Below, in pieces: positions 24,641-32,560 of a stretch of 64,000 nucleotides of DNA. The notes under the pieces were generated by a model. It made no database searches. It had not been told where the DNA came from and saw only the letters and a program-made list of their open reading frames with translations. Source of the DNA: Candidatus Nealsonbacteria bacterium (GTDB taxonomy: Bacteria; Patescibacteriota; Minisyncoccia; Minisyncoccales; MHMH01). Positions within the stretch are counted from its first letter, which is position 1, and each line of letters starts with the position of its first letter. The stretch lies in NCBI GenBank assembly GCA_016188865.1, contig JACPGX010000005.1, positions 9,188-73,187 of the forward strand. Reading direction: 5' to 3'. The position numbers and the translations under genes were made by a program.

Positions 24641-26139
24641 ATCAAAAAGCCATACCTGCCAGTAAGCAAGGATTTATCCCGCTCGTTATTGTCATTGCGG
24701 TATTGGGCGTAGCCGCCGGAGTCGGCGGGTTTTTGGCATTTCGAGGCGAGAAAGTAACCGCCGCTCCTCAATTTATTCAAGCCGATTTTATTGATTTGGC
24801 AAAAGTTTTTGCGATATCGAAATTTCGTTCAGGAAGCGGCCATGATTTTTCACAGGGATCAGGAGAAACGTGCCGCAGCATGAAACATTATTTTAACGTT
24901 TTAAGGCCGGAAGGAGTAGAGCAGTTAATCAACAAAAACAAAGGGATCCCGCCGGGGCCCGACGGGCAGACGGATATTCCTATTTACAGTCCGGTAGACG
25001 GGAAGATTATTGGCGTTGAATCGGAACGGATGCCGATCGGGGAGCAGATTTATATCAAGCCTGATTTCTATTCTGGTTTCACTGTTCGGCTATTCCATAT
25101 TTATTTGCTTCCAGACATCAAAAAAGGCGCTAAGATTAAGGCCGGGCAGAAAATCGGCGTTATTGGACAATATCAAAATACCGATATTGCGATTATGCAA
25201 GGAAGAAAGTTTATTTCTTATTTTGAGGTTATGCCCGATAATATTTTTGCCAAATACCAAGCGTTGGGAGTCAAGAACCGCAGCGAGCTGATTATTTCAA
25301 AAGCCGAACGCGATGCCAATCCATTGCAGTGCAATGGAGAACAATTTGCGAAGAATTACGATAGCGATCCAAATTCTGGAAATTTCATTTATTTAAAGCA
25401 CTCTGAAACGCCCGTGAGCAGGTCCATTGAAAAGCCAGCCGAAGCGCTACATAGTAAAACTTCTCCGCCGGTTATTATTGAGCCAAAACAGATTACTCCC
25501 CCTCCAATCAGTCAGACAGTCGATCAATCAAACAAATTGCCAGCCTGTAAAAGCAATCCATCCCCATCTTTTACCAATCATATCACTGATATAAGCAAGG
25601 TTAGATATATAGTTCCTCCGCCGACTATGGGCGCCGGCCCCAGCTTAAAACCACACAGCTATATTGGCACGGACGGCCAGAACGTGCCAGTTTATGCGCC
25701 CGCAGCGGCAACATTAAAAAGCGGCAGTCATTCTGTCGGCGGTCCATACCTGATAGAGTTTCTAATAAGCTGCGAAGTAACGGTTCGTTTTGGCCATATT
25801 ACTAATCCTGTAGATGCCATTAAAAATCTTCTTCCCAAGGAACCACAGCAGGGGAGCCAAACGCAGGAATTGGAACCAATTAGTTTTTCCGCAGGAGAAT
25901 TAATCGGATATACTACCGGTACTTCGCAGGCGGGCAATTGGGATTTCGGAGTTTATAATTCAACCATAAGCAACCGTTATGCCGACGATCCGAATTGGAA
26001 CAGCAGCAGTGTTTACACGACTGCCGTTTGTCCGTTTGATTATTTTACTTCAAGCTTAAAATCAGCTTACCAGTCTAAATATAATTCTTATGCCCTAGGC
26101 GGCAATCCGCCTCACGGCGAGTCCTTTTGTCAGAAATAA
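24637..26139 (+). CDS. Membrane-anchored exported protein with two LytM/M23-like barrel regions (tentative)
   Basis: 500 aa with an N-terminal TM. Repeated VY(S/A)P..G.. and G(Q/E)(K/L)IG blocks. Metal ligands are not clearly intact. ATGA overlap with the upstream gene. Confidence 0.5.
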   Translation: MNQKAIPASKQGFIPLVIVIAVLGVAAGVGGFLAFRGEKVTAAPQFIQADFIDLAKVFAISKFRSGSGHDFSQGSGETCRSMKHYFNVLRPEGVEQLINKNKGIPPGPDGQTDIPIYSPVDGKIIGVESERMPIGEQIYIKPDFYSGFTVRLFHIYLLPDIKKGAKIKAGQKIGVIGQYQNTDIAIMQGRKFISYFEVMPDNIFAKYQALGVKNRSELIISKAERDANPLQCNGEQFAKNYDSDPNSGNFIYLKHSETPVSRSIEKPAEALHSKTSPPVIIEPKQITPPPISQTVDQSNKLPACKSNPSPSFTNHITDISKVRYIVPPPTMGAGPSLKPHSYIGTDGQNVPVYAPAAATLKSGSHSVGGPYLIEFLISCEVTVRFGHITNPVDAIKNLLPKEPQQGSQTQELEPISFSAGELIGYTTGTSQAGNWDFGVYNSTISNRYADDPNWNSSSVYTTAVCPFDYFTSSLKSAYQSKYNSYALGGNPPHGESFCQK

Positions 26140-26151
26140 AATAAGAACCCG

Positions 26152-26176
26152 ATGTTAGACGTCCGACGTCTAACAT
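26152..26176. repeat. 25-nt perfect palindrome ATGTTAGACGTC-C-GACGTCTAACAT (G-TCCGA-C apex)
   Basis: Lies 12 nt after the stop at 26139. No T-tract follows. Confidence 0.85.
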
Positions 26177-26299
26177 GTCTAATAAATGGATAAGAAAATT
26201 TACTTTTTAATAATTATTACCCCCATTTTACTTGTTTTTGTTTTACTGGGGACTATGAGAAAAGGGGTCAGGTCCCTTTTATTTTTATTTTAGTCTAAC

Positions 26300-26317
26300 C
26301 TTACCTTAAAAATTCCG
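26300..26317 (+). repeat. 18-nt direct repeat CTTACCTTAAAAATTCCG (copy 2)
   Basis: Identical to 21268-21285. Lies 134 nt upstream of the response-regulator ATG. Confidence 0.8.
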
Positions 26318-26450
26318 GGAATTTTGTTTATTTAAATCACTAAGCAAGGCAAACATCTTGCATTAATATCGGTTTAGTGCATACTATAAACATAGCGCCC
26401 GCAACGATTTCCGAAGCGTTGCGATAAAATTATAATAGGAGGGAGGAGGA

Positions 26451-26837
26451 ATGCCTAAGAAAGTATTGGTGGTAGACGATGAAGACAGAATAACTAATTA
26501 TCTTAGAATTCGATTTAGGTCGGCGGGTTACGATGTTATTACTGCGGCTGACGGCATGGAGGCCCTAGAGCAGATGGCAAAGCATAATCCGGATATTATA
26601 ATTCTCGATCTCATAATGCCCAAGATGGATGGTTGGGAATTTTTAAAGCAACTCCGCCTCAGTGGTTCAGCAGTACCCGTAATAATTTTGTCTGCTAAGG
26701 TAAGTAATTACGATAAAATCAAAGGACTTACTCTTGGCGCTGATGATTACGTGGAAAAGCCCTTTTCTCCCGATGAATTACTGGCCAGAGTCCAGGCTAT
26801 CCTGAGGCGTTTAGAACTAACGCGTCAGGCGCAATAA
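26451..26837 (+). CDS. Stand-alone response-regulator receiver (CheY-like) protein
   Basis: VLVVDDE, DIIILDLIMPKMDG, ILSAK and GADDYVEKPF. No output domain. Strong SD aggagggaggagga. Confidence 0.9.
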   Translation: MPKKVLVVDDEDRITNYLRIRFRSAGYDVITAADGMEALEQMAKHNPDIIILDLIMPKMDGWEFLKQLRLSGSAVPVIILSAKVSNYDKIKGLTLGADDYVEKPFSPDELLARVQAILRRLELTRQAQ

Positions 26838-26861
26838 AGAAAGAGCAAAATAAAATTTCGT

Positions 26862-26896
26862 AAAGCTGCTTAGCTGAGTTAAGCAGCTTTTCTTTT
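26862..26896. terminator. Bidirectional terminator between the response regulator and greA
   Basis: AAAGCTGCTTA-gctgagt-TAAGCAGCTTT followed by a T-rich run. Confidence 0.8.
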
Positions 26897-26897
26897 C

Positions 26898-27359
26898 TTA
26901 TTTGACGTCAGTTATTTTATATTCCTGCGCTCCGTTAGGAGTATTAAAGGTTACGGTATCTCCGATTTTTTTGCCCAAAAGCGCTTGTCCTAAAGATGAC
27001 TTAAGAGAGATTTTTCCTTCTGGTATGTCAGCTTCTTCGGGCTCAACGATTTGGAATTTATTTTTTCCGTTTTTTGATTCAAGCGAAACGGTCGAGCCTA
27101 TTTGAACCTTGCCGTCAGTATTTTTTTCAATTACCTCGGCTTGGTTGATGAGTTCGGTCAAGCTTTTTATCTTCCCCTCGATGAATGATTGGTCTTCTTT
27201 GGCCGCGTGATAGCCGGCGTTTTCTTTCAAATCGCCGTGAGAAGCCGCATGGCTTATTCTTTTTATAACCTCTTTGCGCTCGACGTTTTTTAGATGTTCA
27301 AGTTCTTTTTTTAATTTTTCCAAACCATCTCGGGTCAAGTATTTTACCATATTCTTCAT
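26898..27359 (-). CDS. greA: Transcription elongation factor GreA
   Basis: LTRDGLEKLKKELEHLK..ISHAASHGDLKENAGYHAAKEDQ. Confidence 0.95.
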   Translation of the reverse strand: MKNMVKYLTRDGLEKLKKELEHLKNVERKEVIKRISHAASHGDLKENAGYHAAKEDQSFIEGKIKSLTELINQAEVIEKNTDGKVQIGSTVSLESKNGKNKFQIVEPEEADIPEGKISLKSSLGQALLGKKIGDTVTFNTPNGAQEYKITDVK

Positions 27360-27397
27360 TTTACTGCGGCGACATCAGGAGTGCAAGCTGTTTTGGT

Positions 27398-27426
27398 TTG
27401 ACTGCCCGACCTTTAAATGCTAGTAT
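27398..27426 (+). promoter_or_regulatory. Putative promoter of the cold-shock gene, giving a ~100-nt 5' UTR
   Basis: TTGACT (27398-27403), 17 nt, TAGTAT (27421-27426). Confidence 0.5.
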
Positions 27427-27535
27427 TGTTTACAGAAGATAGCTGCCTGATTAAAATTTCGTCGAGTTTATTCGGGGAACTAAACTTTAGGGTAAAACCT
27501 TAAAATATTAATTAAGTTAATTAGTCTTTAAAATT

Positions 27536-27733
27536 ATGGAGGGAACAATCAAAACTCTTACAGAAAAGGGATTCGGATTCATTAACGTTGAAGGCGAGGA
27601 GAAAGATTTGTTTTTTCACAAGAACGAATTAAAAGGCACAACCTACGAAGAATTGAAAGTAGGCGATAAGGTTTCTTTTGAAAAAGCCGATTCTCCAAAG
27701 GGACCGAATGCGACTAACGTAACCCGTATTTAG
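27536..27733 (+). CDS. Cold-shock protein (CspA family)
   Basis: 65 aa. KGFGFI (RNP1) and LFFHKNEL (RNP2-like). Confidence 0.95.
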   Translation: MEGTIKTLTEKGFGFINVEGEEKDLFFHKNELKGTTYEELKVGDKVSFEKADSPKGPNATNVTRI

Positions 27734-27760
27734 GCATTAATCTGTTGGAATCAGATAAAT

Positions 27761-27795
27761 GAAAATCAAGCCCGTAAAGGCTTGATTTTCATTTT
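27761..27795 (+). terminator. Intrinsic terminator after csp
   Basis: GAAAATCAAGCC-cgtaaa-GGCTTGATTTTC followed by ATTTT. Confidence 0.85.
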
Positions 27796-27838
27796 GAGGT
27801 TAGTTGGAAACTGGGGCTTGAGGTGGTAAAATATATAA

Positions 27839-28678
27839 ATGAAAGAAATAATGATTAAAAAGGCTTCTGGCGAGATGGAGCCATTTTCCGAAGACAAGCT
27901 TAGGGAATCGCTTAAAAAAGCGCAAGCATTGCCTGAAATTATTAACGAAATTGTTGAGCAAATAGTTTCCGGGCTTAAGGATGGCGCTTCGACTTCTGAT
28001 ATTTATCATCGCGCCTTTTCATTGCTGCGCAAAAAGCATCGTTTTGCCGCCGGCCGTTATCGCTTGAAAAATGCCATTATGGAATTGGGGCCGACCGGCT
28101 ATCCTTTTGAAAGATTCGTAGCCGAAATTTTAAAATCGCAGGGATTTTCCGTTGAAGTTGGTAAAATCGTTCAAGGAGCTTGCGTTACCCACGAATTAGA
28201 TATTATTGCCATGAAAAATAACCGGCACATTATGGTGGAGTGCAAATTTCATAACCAGGCAGGAATTAAGTCGGATGTCAAAACTGCTCTTTACGTGCAG
28301 GCGCGGTTTGAAGATTTAAAAAAGAGATGGCAAGTACAGCCCGGCCATGGAGAAAAATTACATCAAGCTTGGCTTGTTACTAATACAAAACTTACCTCTG
28401 ATGCAATTAAATACGCCAATTGCGTTGGCATTAACGTAATTGGCTGGAGTCATCCTCCGGGAGAAAGTTTGCAGGATTTGATAGAAGAATCAGGGCTGCA
28501 CCCCTTAACTTCGCTTACTGCATTAAGCTTATCGCAAAAGCGGCAATTATTAGAACGAGGACTTATACTTTGCAAAGACATTCTTGATAATAAGAATTTG
28601 CTTCCGGCGGTAGGCGTTAATGAAGCGAAAATATCTTTTGTTTTGAAAGAAATCGAAGAATTATGTAAGCTACAATAA
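27839..28678 (+). CDS. ATP-cone domain fused to a restriction-endonuclease-like (Mrr/PD-(D/E)xK) domain
   Basis: N-terminus IKKASGEMEPFSEDKLRESL is an ATP-cone. FERFVAEILKSQGF..HELDIIAM..IMVECKFH is a PD-(D/E)xK core. Confidence 0.7.
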   Translation: MKEIMIKKASGEMEPFSEDKLRESLKKAQALPEIINEIVEQIVSGLKDGASTSDIYHRAFSLLRKKHRFAAGRYRLKNAIMELGPTGYPFERFVAEILKSQGFSVEVGKIVQGACVTHELDIIAMKNNRHIMVECKFHNQAGIKSDVKTALYVQARFEDLKKRWQVQPGHGEKLHQAWLVTNTKLTSDAIKYANCVGINVIGWSHPPGESLQDLIEESGLHPLTSLTALSLSQKRQLLERGLILCKDILDNKNLLPAVGVNEAKISFVLKEIEELCKLQ

Positions 28679-28680
28679 AT

Positions 28681-29364
28681 ATGGGAATTATTTTAAAAGT
28701 TGAAAATTTAAGCGTGGAATTGTACGGGGAAACAATTTTGGAAAATTTGGCTTTTAAGGTTGAAGAGGGGGAGATTTTGACGATTTTAGGGCCCAACGGA
28801 GCGGGAAAAACGGTATTGCTTAAAGCTTTGCTGGGGATATTGCCCCATAAAGGTAAAATTGAATGGCGGCAGGGAGTTAAAATCGGCTATGTGCCCCAGA
28901 GACTGCCCTTTATAAAAGATATTCCAATGAGCGTTGGGGAATTTTTTAAATTAAAGAAAACTTCTGATAAAATAACGAGGGATATTTTAAAATCAATCGG
29001 TTTGGCGGAAGATATATTGAGAAAGAAAATCGGAAGTTTGTCTTCCGGCCAATTTCAGAGGATTTTAGTTGGCTGGGCGCTGGTTTCAAATCCGCAGATT
29101 TTGCTTTTTGATGAGCCGACTACCGGAGTTGATATTTCGGGGCAGGAATCAATTTATGAATTTTTGGAAAAACTGAAAGAAGAAAGAGGTTTGACTATTT
29201 TGCTGATAACCCACGATTTGAGCGTGGTTTACAAATTTGCCACGCGTTGCCTTTGTTTAAATAAAAAATTACTTTGTTATAGTCTTCCTAAGGAATTGAC
29301 CCCCGAAAGCTTAGCCCAACTTTACGGTGGAGAAATTAAATTATATGAGCATAGCCATGGATAA
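28681..29364 (+). CDS. Metal (Zn/Mn-type) ABC transporter ATP-binding protein
   Basis: GPNGAGKT, LSSGQFQR, LLFDEPTTGVD. Confidence 0.85.
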   Translation: MGIILKVENLSVELYGETILENLAFKVEEGEILTILGPNGAGKTVLLKALLGILPHKGKIEWRQGVKIGYVPQRLPFIKDIPMSVGEFFKLKKTSDKITRDILKSIGLAEDILRKKIGSLSSGQFQRILVGWALVSNPQILLFDEPTTGVDISGQESIYEFLEKLKEERGLTILLITHDLSVVYKFATRCLCLNKKLLCYSLPKELTPESLAQLYGGEIKLYEHSHG

Positions 29365-30121
29365 TCAATTTTTATTCATTTTAATAGCAGGAATTTTTAT
29401 CGGAGGAGCGGCAGCTTATCTGGGTTCTTTAATGCTGGCAAAAAGAATGGCCTTAGTCGGCGATGCCTTGGGACACGTGGCTTTGCCCGGCATGGGGCTG
29501 GCTTTGCTTCTGGGCTTGGATGTGTCTTTGGGCGCTTTTTCCTTTTTACTTTTAGGAATTTTTTTAATTTGGCTGTTTGAAATAAAAACTTCTTTGCCTA
29601 CGGAGGCATTAGTCGGAATTGCTTTTGTAGCTTCTTTGGCAGTCGGTTTTCTAATCGTGCCAGAGCCGGAATTATTGGAAGCTCTTTTTGGCGATATTTC
29701 AAAAATTTCTTTTGGAATGGCCGCAACTTCAGCTGTTTTTTCTATTTTAATATTTTTAATAGTAAAAAGTATTTATCCCAAGATGGTTTTAGCTAGTATC
29801 TCAAATGATTTAGCTAAAAGCGAAGGGATAGGCGTTAAAAAACAAAACTTTATTTACTTGCTATCCATTGCCCTAATTGTAGCCTTGGGAATAAAAATTG
29901 TTGGCTCTCTCTTGGTGGGCGCCTTGGTGATAGTCCCTGCGGCTGCGGCCAGAAATTTGAGCAGGAATTTAAAAGAATATTATTCGTTAAGCATAATTTT
30001 AGGAATTTTAAGCTGTTTTTTAGGCATTTTGCTTTTTGAATTCACCGGATTTTCCGCTGCCGCCATGATTATTCTCACTTCAACTTTCTTTTTTTTGGTA
30101 TCATTAATTTTTAAAAGATAA
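29357..30121 (+). CDS. Metal ABC transporter permease (ZnuB/MntC-like)
   Basis: Start chosen at ATG 29357, overlapping the upstream stop. KRMALVGDALGHVALPG is typical of ABC-3 permeases. Earlier in-frame ATGs exist at 29327 and 29345. Confidence 0.8.
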   Translation: MDNQFLFILIAGIFIGGAAAYLGSLMLAKRMALVGDALGHVALPGMGLALLLGLDVSLGAFSFLLLGIFLIWLFEIKTSLPTEALVGIAFVASLAVGFLIVPEPELLEALFGDISKISFGMAATSAVFSILIFLIVKSIYPKMVLASISNDLAKSEGIGVKKQNFIYLLSIALIVALGIKIVGSLLVGALVIVPAAAARNLSRNLKEYYSLSIILGILSCFLGILLFEFTGFSAAAMIILTSTFFFLVSLIFKR

Positions 30122-30131
30122 ATAAAATAAT

Positions 30132-30467
30132 ATGAAAACCACCATTAAAGCAACGAATTTAAAATTGACTCCGGAAATAGAAAAAGCAATTAAAGAAAAA
30201 ATTTCTTCTCTGGATAAATTTATTCCGCACATCAATATGCCCCTTGAAGCTTTTGTTGAAGTAGCCTTAGAAACGCGCCATCATCAAAAGGGTAATATTT
30301 TTTATGCGGAAGCAAATATTAAAGTTCCCGGGAGAGTTATCCGCTCTGAAGCAAAAGACGAAGATATTTATAAAGCAATAAATGCCTTAAAAGACGAACT
30401 TAAATTGCTTTTAAATAAATACAAAGAAAAACAAATCGCATTGAGAAGAAGAGTAAAAAATGAATAA
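30132..30467 (+). CDS. hpf: Ribosome hibernation promoting factor (short HPF/RaiA)
   Basis: IKATNLKLTPEIEKAIKEKISSLDKF..AEANIKVPG..EDIYKAINALKDEL. Confidence 0.85.
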   Translation: MKTTIKATNLKLTPEIEKAIKEKISSLDKFIPHINMPLEAFVEVALETRHHQKGNIFYAEANIKVPGRVIRSEAKDEDIYKAINALKDELKLLLNKYKEKQIALRRRVKNE

Positions 30468-30516
30468 ACAGGTTTGCAGGCTTGATTTTTGAAAGGAATG
30501 GGCGTATCATGAGTAG

Positions 30517-30735
30517 ATGACAAAAAAACAGCAATTTTTATCTGAGCACAATAAGTTATCTCCCATGGCCCTGCAGGCTACAACAGCCTTGCTCTCGCGT
30601 TTTAGAATAGAGAAAACTTTGCTTTTTAAAGACGATAATTGGTCTTTAGACAGACTCCGGAGGCCATTTATTTTATGGCTCACTTCTTTGACTTCTCAAG
30701 AAAAAGATAATATTGAAAATAAAAATAAAACTTAG
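30517..30735 (+). CDS. Hypothetical protein
   Basis: 72-aa ORF. No motif recognised. Confidence 0.35.
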   Translation: MTKKQQFLSEHNKLSPMALQATTALLSRFRIEKTLLFKDDNWSLDRLRRPFILWLTSLTSQEKDNIENKNKT

Positions 30736-30787
30736 GACGTCCGGTGGCTGAAACCAAACTATTTTAGAGTTTGGCGGGAGGGGAGTA

Positions 30788-31291
30788 ATGGATATAAATA
30801 TTGATGAACTTTTACAAAAAAATCAAATGCTTCGACCGCTTGCTGAATTTGGCAAAAAAGAAGGTATTAAGTTTGATTGTTATATAAATAACGATGGAAT
30901 ATGGCTATTTTTTGCAAGGCTTAACAGTGAGCCTGTTATTATGATTCCGGTGAGCCAAAAACTCGACTGCATTCTTCCCATAATAGATTCTGAACCTTAC
31001 GCAAAAAAATTCGTATTGGCGCATGAATTGGGCCATGCTAGAAATTATTGGGAAAGGAAAGGATGCCCGCATAGTGAATGTTTTAGCAAGAGAATAATTG
31101 GAGAGTCATGCTTTTATGAAGAAAGGCGCGCTTGGTTAAATGGCGCCGATATTCTTAAAGAAGTTTGTCAAATTTCGCCGGAAGAGAAAAAGAGATATTT
31201 TATGTTCGCTCTCCGCGTTATTAAAACACAGGCAAGGGTTTGCATCCGCCGCTTAGCAATAAATCCTGCGGAAATTTTTCAAGACGCCTAG
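30788..31291 (+). CDS. Putative HExxH zinc metallopeptidase (ImmA/IrrE-like, tentative)
   Basis: FVLAHELGHARNYW, plus a downstream Glu in FYEERRAW. SD ggcgggagggga. Confidence 0.45.
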   Translation: MDINIDELLQKNQMLRPLAEFGKKEGIKFDCYINNDGIWLFFARLNSEPVIMIPVSQKLDCILPIIDSEPYAKKFVLAHELGHARNYWERKGCPHSECFSKRIIGESCFYEERRAWLNGADILKEVCQISPEEKKRYFMFALRVIKTQARVCIRRLAINPAEIFQDA

Positions 31292-31292
31292 T

Positions 31293-31329
31293 AAAAACAG
31301 GCCAAGTTAGCACTTGGCCGTTTGTTTTT
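31293..31329. terminator. Bidirectional terminator
   Basis: GGCCAAGT-tagc-ACTTGGCC flanked by an A-run and a T-run, between convergent genes. Confidence 0.8.
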
Positions 31330-32502
31330 TTATGCAAGTTTTTTATGGACTTTGGTCGTGGCTTTAAGAAATAGCAGAACACCGATAATCAATATCGAAG
31401 ACGTTAAAACGAATTGGCTTTGTATGCCGAGGGTTGTGAGCAGGATGGCTGCCGCCAAAGGGCCCATAACTCTGCCTAAAGATTCAAAAGAAAAAGCCAT
31501 GCCCATAGTAGCGCCTTGGCCTTCTTTCGCTTCTTTAGATAAAATTGCATTAATGGTCGGCCGGAAAAGAGAGCCTCCCAAGCTTGAGGTTAAAATAAAA
31601 GCAGTTAAAAATATTACGCTGGGAGCGGTTGGTATTAAAAATTGTCCGGCAGCCATGATGAATACGCCTATGGCAGCTGTTTTATGTTCGCCGATAATTT
31701 TTACGGCTTTAGGCAAAAGAACCCACTGGACAATGGCCCCGAGCGTTCCCATAAAAGCGAAAACAAAACCATTTTGAACGCCAGTGAAGGCAAATTTTTC
31801 TTCTGCAAACAAGGGAAAAGCCACTTGCATATTAGATATGGCAAATGCCCAGCCAGATAATAAAAAGAATAAAGTTCCGAATTCTCCCCGCAAGCCGTTT
31901 ACCACCGCCTTTAAATTTATCAGTCCTTCCTTAATAGCGAGTTTTTCTGTTTTTTTGGTTAATGATTCTGAAAGCCAAAAAATAATAAAAAGAGAGTTTA
32001 TCAGGGAAACGGCTGAAGCCGCAAAAAATGGCAAATTGATGCTAACACCCGACAACAATCCTGAAGCGGCTGGCCCCACGATAAATCCTAAAGATTGAGT
32101 AGCGGTAAGCCGCCCCATGTATTTAACGCGATTTTCTTTTGAGGTGACGTCTCCGATGTAGGCTGCGGCGATGGGAAAGGCTCCTGCGGAAAAAATGCCG
32201 TGCATAGTGCGCGCAAGAAATAGCCAAGCAAGAGAGGGGGATAAGCCAAATATTAAAAATGAAACGGCAGAACCGGCCAAAGAAATGGCTAAAATTGGTT
32301 TTCTGCCGAATCTATCAGAAAGCCTTCCAATAATTGGAGCTGAAATGAATTGAGCGATCGAGAAAGAAGCTGCCAAGAGTCCGATTTGAGCATTGGTCGC
32401 TCCGAAAGTTTGGGCGTAAAAAGGCAGCAGGGGGAAAACCATGGAAAAGCCCGCTAAAGTAATGAAAGAGGCCAAGTATAAAAAAAAGAGTTGCGACTTC
32501 AT
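31330..32502 (-). CDS. MFS transporter
   Basis: 390 aa with about 12 TM helices. GRLSDRFGRKP motif between TM2 and TM3. Confidence 0.85.
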   Translation of the reverse strand: MKSQLFFLYLASFITLAGFSMVFPLLPFYAQTFGATNAQIGLLAASFSIAQFISAPIIGRLSDRFGRKPILAISLAGSAVSFLIFGLSPSLAWLFLARTMHGIFSAGAFPIAAAYIGDVTSKENRVKYMGRLTATQSLGFIVGPAASGLLSGVSINLPFFAASAVSLINSLFIIFWLSESLTKKTEKLAIKEGLINLKAVVNGLRGEFGTLFFLLSGWAFAISNMQVAFPLFAEEKFAFTGVQNGFVFAFMGTLGAIVQWVLLPKAVKIIGEHKTAAIGVFIMAAGQFLIPTAPSVIFLTAFILTSSLGGSLFRPTINAILSKEAKEGQGATMGMAFSFESLGRVMGPLAAAILLTTLGIQSQFVLTSSILIIGVLLFLKATTKVHKKLA

Positions 32503-32560
32503 ATTCGTTTATTGTATAATAAAGCAATAAGCATTAATAAATATAATAAACCTAAAACAC

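Noticed and set aside
24199-24780. 193-aa minus-strand ORF overlapping the DUF4325 gene and its upstream repeats.
   Set aside because: It overlaps a plus-strand gene with a recognisable domain and a translationally coupled partner. It also spans a plus-strand terminator and the iteron-like repeats.
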